A stretch of 64,000 nucleotides of DNA, from contig CM052816.1 of NCBI GenBank assembly GCA_028534125.1, positions 82,710,001-82,774,000 of the forward strand, in the 5' to 3' direction. The DNA comes from Lama glama (Eukaryota). The notes beneath the pieces were generated by a model. That model saw only the letters and a program-made list of their open reading frames with translations, was not told where the DNA came from and searched no databases. Positions 49,721 through 62,148 of the stretch are shown piece after piece. Every line of letters begins with the position of its first letter. Within the stretch, counting starts at the first letter, position 1. The position numbers and the translations under genes were made by a program.

Positions 49721-52700
49721 AAAATATTAAAAATTATAACTGTACAGAGCTTTAATTGTGAAATTTATAAATATTTCTATTTACATATATATTAATGAAC
49801 TACAGTATTTATAATAATACTGATATGGAAAACACAAAATAATTTGAAAGCAATTTGAGTGTTTTCTTCTTTCTACCCATCATTAATCAGATTTTTACAA
49901 AAATTAAACTTGTTTGGCTACTTCCTGGGTCAACCTAAGGATTCTGTATTGTGAATTTTGAAGTTTTGCTTATATGTATTTTTTTTTAAAAACCAGTTGG
50001 TAATTTTTAATTATGGTAGTCAAAGTATATAGCCCCAAAGCTTTGGGTCTTAATTGTTTGAGACTTTTAAATGTTTTAAAAATAAACCTTGAAATCAAAA
50101 AGACATTGAAATATATCTCTACAAAACCAATATGTCAACCAAATAAATTAAAGAATGAGAATTAATGGGGCAGAAAAATTAATTCTGGATTTGTATAATT
50201 GTATTTCGAAGACACTTTTTTTGATAGGTTGTATTTATTCTTTGTGTCAGACTGGAATGAAATTGAGAAGATCTACAATTTTACCTTAGTTAGTTTTGGG
50301 AAAATACTCTGAATTCTAAGTTGATATACTGTCTTACAAAATATTTGTTGAAATAATTGTTTTAAATTAAGGCAAAAGAAACTCTGAAAATATATAAATT
50401 ACTATATGTTTAAGTTACCTTTGGATCCTGGAATGGTTGGTAATTTATATGGCCACCTTCCTCATGAGGGCCATAGGATTAATTTCAGATAAGTTAGGTA
50501 ATGTGAAGTGTTTAGACTTTAATATATGTGACCAAAAGATGGGGAAATGGCCAATATTGCTTTAAAATAGCAAGATATGTCTCAGGAAGAAACATATTTC
50601 ATTTGCGGTCTTTCTTGGAAAGAATATTACAATTACTGTAGAATGGTTAGAAAATAAATGTCTCTAAATTTAAGTAGGAGCTTCTATAAATTTATGAAAA
50701 CAATGATTCTGAATAGGTTGATACATTGTGGTTCAAAATGAATGTATGTATTGGGTATGGGGGAGCTGGAATTCATTATTCTTTCCTTATGAATAAGGCT
50801 TTATTTTTAGTACCATCACTGGATGTTTAACAGTAGGAAGGATTTATGATGAGGTCACTAAAATTCTGAATTCTAGTGCTGTTCACAGCAATAGAGTGAG
50901 CCATGATTACAGCTACATATGTTTACAAAATACACAAGCCACATAAATCTCTGTAAGCAAGATTCTAAAATAAGTGGAGTGAGAGAATAACAATAACTAT
51001 TGTTAAAAAATGGGGAAATTTTCTGTTACTGTCATTTCTAAAACTTCCAAAATTACTGTTGTATTAATTGAACTATTTAGGCAAAATTAACTGAACTATT
51101 TCTGTAAAAAAGTCCCTTAACATTTGCTTGTTTTTAAATAAGTTAAACATTTCTGAATGAGTTAAATAACAAATTCAATTAAAATTATGCACTTTTTTTT
51201 TTTGACATTCCGCAGATCCATTCCATGTGAAGGTAAGTTCTTTGAAAACCAGTTGCAACTTTCTTGGTCACTAAGTGGATAGAATCTAGAGACAAAATAT
51301 GCCTGATTGGAGTAGGAAAAACAAAGGAAAGATTAACAGAGGACTTGTCATCTGTTATGGTTAGTTTATTGCATCTTCACTTACAGAAATAAATTTTAAA
51401 AGGAACAAATGACAAATAGAAAGGACAGAATATATAAAAAGACTGAGAAATTTCAAAGTAGAGAGATTTCTAGGTTGATGGAGAATGCTATTTTTAAAAA
51501 AGAAATACAAACTAACTGAATACTGAAAATTTCACAGAATTTTCAAACCTGATTAGAGTAGTAATTGAACAGATCTTCTGTTCTTTAATAATTGAAGTGA
51601 CATGATAGAGGAAAAAATAGATTAGAAGAAAGCATGAGAGAAAAAAACGAAGAAAAATATAGGATTGCTGTACAAAATAATGGCAAAAATATATTTAATA
51701 TATAGAAATATTCTTGTAACCCCATATTAAGAAAAAGCAAAGCACAAGGTTAAATCAGAGTTCTTGGGGAAGTAGGTCTTGGGGCAAGTATAGCAGAGAA
51801 AATAAAGGAGCAGAACAATTCATGTAGTTGTTGGTTAATGTGGATCATACACAAATAAGATTATAACAAAATAAACATTTTCCGGGAATTTCATAAAATT
51901 TAATAAATAATGTAAACCATTTAAAGAATAATGTCTCATTTTAAAACCTGAGTTTCCTTTCATACAGTAAAACCATTTGGGAATTTCATACAATGGTAGG
52001 ATTTTTGAGTGTGTGTCTCAAATTATGCTTTGAAAAATTTGCTTAATAACTCTTATTTAAGCAAAAACTATTAGGTGTTTACTTTCCATCAGGAAAAGGT
52101 AATTGGTTTGTAAGCAACAATAACTAGAGATGTAGAGTATATAAATAAAGATTATGTAAGTAGACTACATAAGATGCTAAACTTGCTCTTATACGTATCT
52201 CTTTTTAATAAAAAATATGTTCAAAATATAAAATTATAATACCCTTTATATAAAATATTTTTGTTTAATATTTTGATTTATTTTTGCCTTTTACTTCAAA
52301 AAACTTCACACAGTGGGTACTTTAGTGTTCATGTTGTCATAATATAAATGAAGAATAGATATTTCATTTAGCTACCAGTGAAAAACACTATGAAATACTG
52401 TTTTCAAATCCACAGGTCTTCTGCACAGAGCAGTCAAAAAGAAGGCACCTGTGTACCTGGAAGCACTTCTGTTACCTGGTTTGTATTTTCCCAGAGTTTG
52501 GACTCTGAATCCTCATTATCCATTATTGTTCAGCCATGGAAATTAGAATTGATGTCACTGGCCTCTTCCCCAGAGGAACTCCCTCTGCTGTCATAACATC
52601 TGAGTTCCTTACATCTAATTTTCTACTAGTGCTCAAAGATGAATGCTGGCCTGCTGACTCAGCGTTGTACTGTCATTACTTTATGGAAGTAGTAGATGCA

Positions 52701-52971
52701 AAGAAATGATAATGGAGTATTATAATTTTTTTTTTATTTGCAGCTATTGAATAGTGTCGCTAATTATAGAGGACAAATGTGAACCATTGTTTTTGACTTT
52801 TTGTGGTTGGCAATATTCATGATAAGTAACATTGCTTATTTTCTCAAAGCAAGTAAACTTGATTATGAAAACTATTTTCCTCTAGTGTTTCATTTAGTGT
52901 TTTCTAATTAAATAGTGTTTTTTCCCTAGGGTTAAAATTATTTTCTCTAGATTTTTAAAGATAATTTTTCT

Positions 52972-53046
52972 CTAGTTTCTGAGGATATAAGGAAGACAAG
53001 CATAAGATTTCTATGCCTGTGTCTTCCTTATATCTTCAGCAACCAG
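52972..53046. repeat. Imperfect inverted repeat / long hairpin
   Basis: 52979-52998 pairs with 53020-53039 (20 bp, one G-T); extends outward with two mismatches and inward via GCATA/TATGC to a 7-nt loop. Confidence 0.9.
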
Positions 53047-53419
53047 AAGTTTGGTTTTTTTTCTTTTCTTTTTTCTCTTGTTCACCTAAAGGCTTTGGTG
53101 ATTGCCTCCAATTCTATCCCAGAACACCTCACTGCAGCTCTTTCAAAGGGAGAATCTAATACTAATCTGTCTGCATTGGCTGTTTTGAAAGCTCACTGAA
53201 AATCAGGTCACCTGTAACAGAACTGTACCACAGATCTGTGGAAAAGAATATATAAGAGTAAAGGAAGGGCCAGATGAACAAAGTTAAAAACAGTGGTGGG
53301 AGCAGGAGGGGTTTTTAGAAATACAAAAGTGATAGTGGGTCTTACGCCTTTACAACTAAGACCTGATTGTGAGACTTGGAAAAGAATCAAACCAACTGTC
53401 TTTCATTTCTCTTGTATAA

Positions 53420-55762
53420 TTTTTAAAAATTAACTTTTTATTTTAGAAAAGTTTTAGATTTAGAGAATTATTGCAAAGATACTACTGAGAGTCCTATATA
53501 TTCCATATCATGTTTCCCTTGTTAACGACTTACATTAGTATAGTACATTTGTCACAAGTGATGAATACACAGCGATGTGTTATAATTAACTACAGCCATT
53601 CTGTCCACAGACTTCCTCAGTTTTCCCTTCCTGTCCTTCTTGGTTCCATGATCCTATCCAGGATATCACATTACATTTAGTTGTCACGTGGCCTTAGGCT
53701 CTTCTCAGCTGTGACATTTTTTCAGGCTTTCCTTGCTTTTGCTGACCTTGGCAGTTTTGAAGAATACTAGTGAGGTATTTAGTAGAATGCCCCTCAGCTG
53801 GGATTTGTCTGCTGTTTTTCTCATAATTAGATCGAAAGGAAGACTGCAAAGGTAAAGTGCTAGGCTTATCACATCATGTTGATGATGCAATATATAAATA
53901 TGATTTATCACGCTTGACGTTAACCTTGATCGCATAGCTGGACAGTGTTCGTTAGCTTCTGTACTGTAAAGTAACTACTTTTACTTTCCCTTTTCATGCT
54001 CTATTCTTTGGAAGAAAGTCACTAAGTGCAGTCTGTACTTGAGGAGTGGGGATTTAAGCTCCATCACCTTAAGAAACGAGTATCTACACAAATTAGAATT
54101 CTTCTAAACATGGAAACTTTCTGTTCTTCCCCATTGATTTCTTTATTCAATTATTCATATTAGTATATAATTTGGGGTTTATTTTGAGGGAGAGGAGCAT
54201 TTTAATAGTTTTTGAAACTAGATGTTATTCCAGATTCATCTCTTATAGTTCCTATACCAGTTCCCAGATCAGTCACTTGAAAGACCACTCACTGGTTGCT
54301 TTCCCATAGAATGGTATTAGGAAGCACGATTTGGGCACAGAGTATACTTTTTACTTCTGGAGTGTGCTCTAGGCCCTCTTAAGGGGATATATGTGTATAC
54401 AGTAATCCATTTATATACAACTTTCTATACATATTTCTACATGTTGCCATTTGCTTTTGGTATGTACCTGCTTGATGCTCTCTGAACTTCCTGGATCTGT
54501 GATTTGGTGTCTGCCTTTGATTTTTGAAAGTTCTCTGCCATTTTTAATTTAAATATTCTACTGTGTTCTCCCTGACTTCTCCTTCTTGGATGTTGGACAT
54601 TTTCTTCTGTTTACTTTTTTATTGTTGTTGTTGATTTTGTTCTTTGTATTTCACTATGTGAAGTTTCCATTGACATATCTTCAAAATCACTGACTTTCCT
54701 TGGCTGCGTCCAATCTAATGGTGAGTTGATCAAAGCCATTCCTCACTGCTGGCATAGTGTTTCTGATATGAAGCATTTTCTTTTGATTGCTTCCATCTCT
54801 TTGCTAAAATTTCCCACCATCTGTTTTTGCATGTTTTCTACTTTTTTCATTAGAATCCTCAATTTATTAATCATAATTATTTAACATTCGTGTCTGATAA
54901 TTCCAGAGTGCAAGTCATATCTGAGTCTGGTTCTGATGAGTCTCTGCAGACTGTGTTTTGTCTTGCCTTTTAGCATGCCGTGTGAGTTGTTCTTGATAAC
55001 CAAACTTGTTGTATCACACAATAGCAACTGAGGTAAACACACATTCAGTTGCATTTATGTTAACGTGGCTATGAATTGGACTTTGCTCCATGTTTTCTGT
55101 AGGTGTAGAAGCTAGAGGCTTCAATTATCTCTGCTGTCCTTGTTTTTATCTCCTTTCTTAACTTCTCTCCAGAAAGAGTCTGTGCCTTGCAACTCTTTCA
55201 TCTATTATCCACTTTTATTATACTGGAGCCCTGTTGATGTTATGGTAAGGTGTGATGGAGAGCAAGTTTTCTATAATTTTCCAGGTAAATCTCAGTCTTA
55301 CAGTGGTCCTGTGTTTCTTGTCTGTGACTTTTTACCAGTGTTTCTTTTGTATACCTTCCTTCCCCCTTCCCTTTTGTGGGGATAGAAAGGTTAGAGGGTG
55401 CTGGGATGGGAGAAATGTCCTACTCTTATGGCACTGGGACAAGTCAATGGTGAAGCCTTTCCTTCTTTTAGGGGAGGAGGCTCTGGCTCCATTTCCCAGG
55501 AATTGTTCTTCACTTGCCCCTATCACAGATGCAAGGGACTTTCTCTTGTATCTTCCCCATGAAAACCTGGTATGTTTCTTTGGTGTTGCCACAAAAGTGT
55601 AAGGGGTCCTGAAAGATTGCAGCCTTGAGTGTTTCTCACTTATACACTACTCTCCACTTAGTCTTCATAAGTTTGTCAAAATTACCATTTAAGTGTTTCT
55701 ACCAGTCTATGGCTCTAGTAGCTTCTGCTCCAGATAAGCAGATTTTGGCTGTAACTTTCTGG
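53420..55762 (-). mobile_element. L1MC-type element: 3'UTR (53420-54450) joined to ORF1/5'UTR (54450-55762)
   Basis: 'ccaggatatcacattacatttagttgtcacgtggccttaggctc' (L1MC 3'UTR); 'tctctgaacttcctggatctgtgatttggtgtctg' and 'catatctgagtctggttctgatg' (L1MC ORF1/5' region). Confidence 0.75.
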
Positions 55763-56262
55763 NNNNNNNNNNNNNNNNNNNNNNNNNNNNNNNNNNNNNN
55801 NNNNNNNNNNNNNNNNNNNNNNNNNNNNNNNNNNNNNNNNNNNNNNNNNNNNNNNNNNNNNNNNNNNNNNNNNNNNNNNNNNNNNNNNNNNNNNNNNNNN
55901 NNNNNNNNNNNNNNNNNNNNNNNNNNNNNNNNNNNNNNNNNNNNNNNNNNNNNNNNNNNNNNNNNNNNNNNNNNNNNNNNNNNNNNNNNNNNNNNNNNNN
56001 NNNNNNNNNNNNNNNNNNNNNNNNNNNNNNNNNNNNNNNNNNNNNNNNNNNNNNNNNNNNNNNNNNNNNNNNNNNNNNNNNNNNNNNNNNNNNNNNNNNN
56101 NNNNNNNNNNNNNNNNNNNNNNNNNNNNNNNNNNNNNNNNNNNNNNNNNNNNNNNNNNNNNNNNNNNNNNNNNNNNNNNNNNNNNNNNNNNNNNNNNNNN
56201 NNNNNNNNNNNNNNNNNNNNNNNNNNNNNNNNNNNNNNNNNNNNNNNNNNNNNNNNNNNNNN
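55763..56262. other. Assembly gap (500 N)
   Basis: Run of exactly 500 n; the round number suggests a placeholder size. Confidence 0.99.
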
Positions 56263-56645
56263 AGCCAGAAAGAGAAAGAAAAATACCATATGAGATCACT
56301 CATATGTGGAATCTAAAAAAAAAAAAAAAAGAACATAAATACAAAACAGAAACAGACTCATAGACATAGAATACAAACTTGTGGTTGCCAAGTGGGTGGG
56401 AGGTGGGAAGGGACAGACTGGGATTTCAAAACTTGTAGATACTGACAGGCATATGCAGAATAGATAAACAAGATTATACTGTATAGCACAGGGAAATATA
56501 TACAAGATCTTGTGGTAGCTCACAGCGAAAAAAAATGTGACAATGAATATATGTATGTTCACGTATAACTGAAAAATTGTGCTGTACCCTAGAATTTGAC
56601 ACAACATTGTAAAATAACTATAACTCAATAAAAAAAGTTAAAAAA
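56263..56645 (+). mobile_element. Young camelid-type L1 3' end (5' part lost in the gap)
   Basis: 'aaataccatatgagatcactcatatgtggaatctaaaaaa...gaaacagactcatagacatagaatacaaacttgtggttgcc...tatactgtatagcacagggaa...caataaaaaaagttaaaaaa'. Confidence 0.88.
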
Positions 56646-57425
56646 TTATTTATTCTACGATAGAAGAAATCATTGTTAGCTAAGTTAAAACAAACTCATT
56701 TGTGAAATAAATGGAAGCATAACTTCCATTCATAATGTAATTTCATTTATAATTTAAAAATTTATTTTATTAATATATAATTGACATGTAAAGCATAACT
56801 TCTTTAAAAGGAAAAATTCAGATGTTTGATAGACTAGGTTTAGGGTTTTGGTCTAGGGTTAATATATTAAATGCTTATGGGAAGTATTATTTTCAATGGA
56901 GAATTTTCATTTAATTATTTTTCGTATGTGTTTACTGAATTATAAAAGTAATGAAATTACCTATTCAAAATATAACTGGCCTAAATCAATCATAACAGTA
57001 GGGGAGAGAATGACAATAAACAGAAATTGACTCACATTAAGACTTAATTGAGCTGACTCCAGGGGTTAGATAGACATCTCTACATGAGACACATTAATAT
57101 TAGATTGTGATAGTGTTGGCAGGAATTAAAGTTTTGGGTCTAACATTGAGTTTTGAAAGCAAAACCTCTTGTTACTTAAATTATAGAAATAATTAGTCAC
57201 AAAATATTTTGAGCCAATTCTGGAAAGTTTATGATAACAAAGTTTTTTTGGTGCTTAACAATTTTCCCTCTTAGGGATTCTAGATTAATTTTGGCTGCTT
57301 TTAATGAGGAGTTTCTAAGACTTAGAAACAGGGAAAATACAAAGGTCTTTTATAAAGATTATGTAGGTTAGTTTTGTAAATATTTTCTGGAGCTATTGTG
57401 TGCATATCAGTAATCAAGAACATGT

Positions 57426-57468
57426 TTGTGTGTGGGTGTGTGTGCCTGTGTGTCTCTGTGTGTATGTG
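57426..57468. repeat. Imperfect (TG)n tract
   Basis: Read directly. Confidence 0.8.
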
Positions 57469-58949
57469 AGGGGCAGGTATCGTCTTAGCCTCACAAAAAT
57501 TAAGATGATGAATTCAAAATTCTAAATATTATTCAATTTTTCTTGAGTGTATTTTCAGTTGATTACCTACACAATTGAGAACTTGTGTAATACTTAGAAT
57601 TTTAAATTTCTATCTTGTTTTTGGCAAGGCCAGGAGGATACTACTACATTTTCAATTATTAATACTGTCACCACTATTTATTTCAAAGTTTCTCTCAAAT
57701 TGGTAAGTATGTATACACATTTTGTGTCAAAAACTGTTTCCTCCATCTTACAGCCATATCCTTTTTGAGAGGAAATGCATGATGATCGCATCTTTCTAGC
57801 TTTTTCTTCTCTTTTGTTTCCCTCAGGTCTGAAAATCAAAGGATGCAATGGAGTTACGATCCTATCTCATTTAACAAGTTCTGAGGATTTGGTGGAGTAA
57901 GGGAACTCATAGGATGACAACCTGCAGAGATGACCACCAACCCTTCGCTACATTTTCTCATTAGAAAATACCTGTACAAAATCTGAAAGTCATAACCTAC
58001 TGAATCCAACTCTATACCTGAGGAAAGATGAGTCTGGTTAGGAGAAAAGTATCCCTGAACAAAGAATGTGTTTCTGGTTTTGCTTTCTGAAAGACTGAAT
58101 GGGCTAAAAGGTCCATTGTAGATAATACAAAGGTATTTTGGGCCAATTCTTTTCTGATAATTATTTATAAATTAGTTAAATATCTACAAATTGTAATGCC
58201 ATAATTTAATTTTTCATGGACAGTGGTGACCATTGCAGTGCAATTTGCAGAAAGCCAATTTAATGTCCATACAGATCTCAAAAAAAGGTAAAGAAATGGT
58301 TTGTCTACTGAGTGACACATTTACAGAGTCTTGTGTCACATTTCTGAGAGATTCTAACCTCATCATCATATCTATGATTTGGAATGGAAATTGAAAATTA
58401 TCTAGTATAACCTCCTACTTGATATGAGATACCCACATTAATGCTATACATTATAGTTTCCATTGTTTATGTTTTATTTTAACATGAAAAATAATTACAA
58501 GTAGGAGATTTAAGAATGTATGATTAAAAAAAATTCTATAATTAATAAACTGCATTCATTTCTGAAATATTGGCACTTTCCATTATTTACCATATATATG
58601 ACCCACCTCCTTACAGCATAAATTCATGTAGGCTTGCAAATGTTGTTCATGCCCTACTTTTTCTAGAAAGCCTTTTCAAACATGATTCATACTGTCTCTT
58701 GTATCTCTCTCTAATTTCTAAATCCTTCCCCATCATCTTCAAATATGCACAGGCCCACTGTATCTTAGCAATGCCTTTCTGATTTGAATACCATTTTCTT
58801 TCCCTGTAAACTCCTCAGGATGCTTCCACAACAATTTTATTCAGCACTCACTTTTTAGCCACCTGTAAATCTGGCTATTTATTTTACATCACACTTAACT
58901 TCACAACAATGAAACTGTCCATAGTCAATATGAATGAGTGACATGGTCT

Positions 58950-60120
58950 TCATTTATTTATTCATATATTCATCTCTTTATTTTTCAATGAATAAAGTAT
59001 TGTGTGTTTTTATGAGCCAGGTAGTCTGTGTTAAGTGCTTAGTTTTTAAGACAGGCACATTCTTTGTCCCTATGTATAGGCCTTATACATACTTAGAGAA
59101 GAGAGCTATTGAACAAATAATAAATTGTAAGTATGAACTTTACTACAAAGGAAAAAAACAGAGTGAAAAACTCTGGGAGCCAAAAGGTGTGGAGTCAGAA
59201 AATGACTCTGTTACATGAGCTGCCATAAGAAAATGCCATGTCTGGGTGGCTTAAACAACAGAAATTTGTTTTCTCACTGTTTTGGAGGCTGGGAAGTCCA
59301 AGATCAAGGTGCTGGCTTCCTCTGTTCCTGGTGAGAGCTCTTTTCATAGATTACTGATGGCCACCTTCTTGCTCTGTGCCCTCACATGGTCCTTCCTTTG
59401 TGCCTATGCACATAGAGACTGATTTCAGTCAGGCTCTCTGGTGTCTCTTTACAATGGCACTAATCTCATCACGAGGACCCCACCTTCATGATATCCTCTA
59501 ACACCAATTATCCTCCAAAGGCCCCATCTTCAAATCACCATCACATTGTAGTTTAGGGTTTCGACATGAATTTTGAAGGAGCATAAACATTTAGTTCATA
59601 ATGCTCTCTAACAAAGGTTATGTTTTTACTGTTACTTAAAAGTGAAGAGAGGTGACAATGGGAAGGTAGATGGAAATGCTTTTATGAAGGCTTGAGTTAG
59701 AAAACAAGTAAAGAACACTTGATTAACTGAAGCAGGCTTAATAATGCTATAGCCTGATAAACAAAACAGAGGGGATAGCATAAGATAGAGAGGAAACAGA
59801 GACAGAGGTCAGATCATAACATTTATATCATTGAACTCAATTCTAAAAGCAAAATAACAGTGGTGGGCTTTAAGCAGGGAGTGGCATAATCCCCTTTGCG
59901 CCTTTCAAGTAAATTAATATAAGTTAAGTCTGAAGGCACATGAGAGAATTATTGTATATCCAGGAAACAACTGGTGCAGTTTGTACTAGAACAGTTGTAG
60001 CGAAGATGGAGACAAGTGAACAGACTAGAGAACTATTCAGGCTTTAGCAATCAAATAACCTGTAATCAGGTAGTGTTTGAAAATGAATGCTACTCTGTAT
60101 AAAGTCCATATTCCTGGCAT
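58950..60120 (-). mobile_element. L2 3' portion split by MLT1A
   Basis: 'catttatttattcat...ttatgagccaggtagtctgtgttaagtgct' and 'agaggtcagatcata...gggctttaagcagggagtggcataatc'. Confidence 0.65.
59205..59603 (-). mobile_element. MaLR LTR MLT1A/MLT1A0-like
   Basis: 'ctgggtggcttaaacaacagaaatttgttttctcactgttttggaggctgggaagtccaagatcaaggtgctggc...ggcactaatctcatcacgagg...ccaaaggccccatcttc'. Confidence 0.88.
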
Positions 60121-60790
60121 GAACATCTCCTGGTATATTACTGCCAAAGAGTGAGATAGGGAGCTTTTGGAGGGCCATGATCACAAAGTTTATTTCTGAA
60201 TGTTGTTCCTAGTTTTAGTAAGAATGTGTCTTTTTCCTGGGCTAGTATCACTGCCTTGTACTGAGAATTAGTTCCCCAGACTATATCAAGATTGAGACCC
60301 TGATTTATAATTTTGATCATTTTCAGAAGGGTCTAGAGTCCTGCCTCTGACTTGCAGTCCAAGAACTGGGTCTTTCCCATTTCCCAAGTAGGGAGTTCAG
60401 TAATTGACAAGAAGCATGAAATCATAATACGAGACTGAGTGTATATCACATTTTCTAGTAATTGCAGATCTCGGTTAAATTACTTTGCCTGGCTTTCAGC
60501 TTTGAACATCAGATTATTACATGTTCATAAACTTTCTCTTATTGGGACATTCTATGCCCCTGGGTTACACCTCCCTTCTAAATCACTATCACATACTCCA
60601 ATACTATTCCTGTATTATTTTTGGAAATTTCAATATTCAGTTATCCTTTCAACAATCTGGCTCCTTAAACTGCTTTTCTTTCGTGACTAGTGATCTTGGG
60701 TCTTATCCTAACTTGATTACTGCCTACTGTTATTCCTAAAATTTGCCATCACCAATAATTCCAACTCTGGCGTAATTCCAAGTTCATGCA

Positions 60791-61309
60791 TGTGATAATT
60801 TTATGTATTAACTTGGCAATAGTACCCAATTATTAAATGAAACACTAATGCAGGTGTTGTTGTGAATGTATTTTGTAGATGTGGTTAACATCTATCATTA
60901 GCTGGCTTTAAAGGATGATCTTGATAATATGGGTGAATGTCATCGAATTAGTTGAACAGTCTTAAAAGAAAAACTGAAGTTTTCCTAAGGAAGAAGAAAT
61001 TTCTTGTGAATTTCAGACTTGCCAGCCCCAGAAACTAATTATGTAAGCCCATTCTTTGAAATAAATCTCTCTTTTACTCTCTCTCTCTTTCTCCCTCCTC
61101 TTCTTCTATCTCTCATCTATCAAATATATATTATAAATATATATGTAACTAGATATATTTCTAAACATAGATATAGATACCTATAGATAGATCTTGCTGG
61201 TTACAAGTATATATATAGATTTGACACATAGGTATTTATAAATACACATACATGTATTTATATCTGACTTTTTCTGTTTCTGTTTTTCTGGAGAACGCTG
61301 ATTGATACA
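60791..61309 (+). mobile_element. ERVL LTR MLT2D-like with internal (TC)/(TA) tract
   Basis: TG...CA; 'aattttatgtattaacttggc...ggtgttgttgtgaatgtattttgtagatgtggttaacatcta...ctggagaacgctgattgataca'; 5-bp flanks atgca/aagca. Confidence 0.85.
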
Positions 61310-61828
61310 AAGCATCTCTGTCTCTGAACTCTACCTAATGTTCATGTAACTCCAGTGAGATCTCTAATGTATTGATCATCTCTTCTTTCACTTATTCCTA
61401 TGCATTTGATGTTCTCTCTTCCTCCCTTACCCAGTTTAAATTTCATATTAAATCAATATAATCACTCCCTTGAATATATATGCTCAATTGCCTTGTCCCC
61501 TGGCTTCTGATTCCTGTTAACTCAGAAGGTTTACAACCTTGATTAAACCTAACTCAGCGAAAACTCTGCGCACACACCTGCATCCATTCAAGTGAAGGTA
61601 GCTGGAGGAAGCACCATGGAGACACACTGATTTGTTTCATGTTAAATTCACAACTAAAAATCTCATGTGAGCTCTTAATGCTTCTTGTCCATCCACATTC
61701 TAAATGTCCTACATGACTGGTTTACAACTTCTTTTCTCTTCAAACATCCATTACCCCTTTTTAGTTTCTTTCTTGACCTTGCTCTCTACTTCACAGCAAA
61801 AATGGATGTAGTCAAATTATTTCCATAG

Positions 61829-62148
61829 TGTAGTAGTTGACACCCATGCTTGGTCTGATGTATCCAATCCCCAGCTACTGTGAGTATTGGTTGCTAATTA
61901 TTCATCACAGTAGACTTGCCCTTTGGCTGTAGGAGTTACCTTTGCTGGAAGTGCTTGGGAGGCTACACCAGCCCCTTTGCATCACTGGTAAATGACTCTC
62001 TGCCAATGGCTCACTGATAGAAGGACATGAACCTCAACTGCTTTTCTTATTTCCTCATAGGTTTTTCTCCCCAGAGCACTCACTGGATAAGCCAGTTGCA
62101 CAAGGATTCCCTTCTTAGTTTCTGCTTTAGGGAATTAAATACAGGACA
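61829..62148 (+). mobile_element. ERVL LTR16A-like
   Basis: TG...CA; 'ccccagctactgtgagtattggttgcta...ccaatggctcactgata...ttctgctttagggaa...aggaca'; 5-bp flanks catag/cagag. Confidence 0.7.

Noticed and set aside
49289..53900. Inverted pair of L1MC 3'UTRs as a functional long-range stem
   Set aside because: Independent, highly diverged copies of a common repeat.
55625..56303. Four long ORFs of about 200 aa
   Set aside because: Artefacts of translating through the 500-N gap.
56834..56860. TTAGGG-like motifs suggesting an interstitial telomere
   Set aside because: Only one exact TTAGGG and no tandem array.
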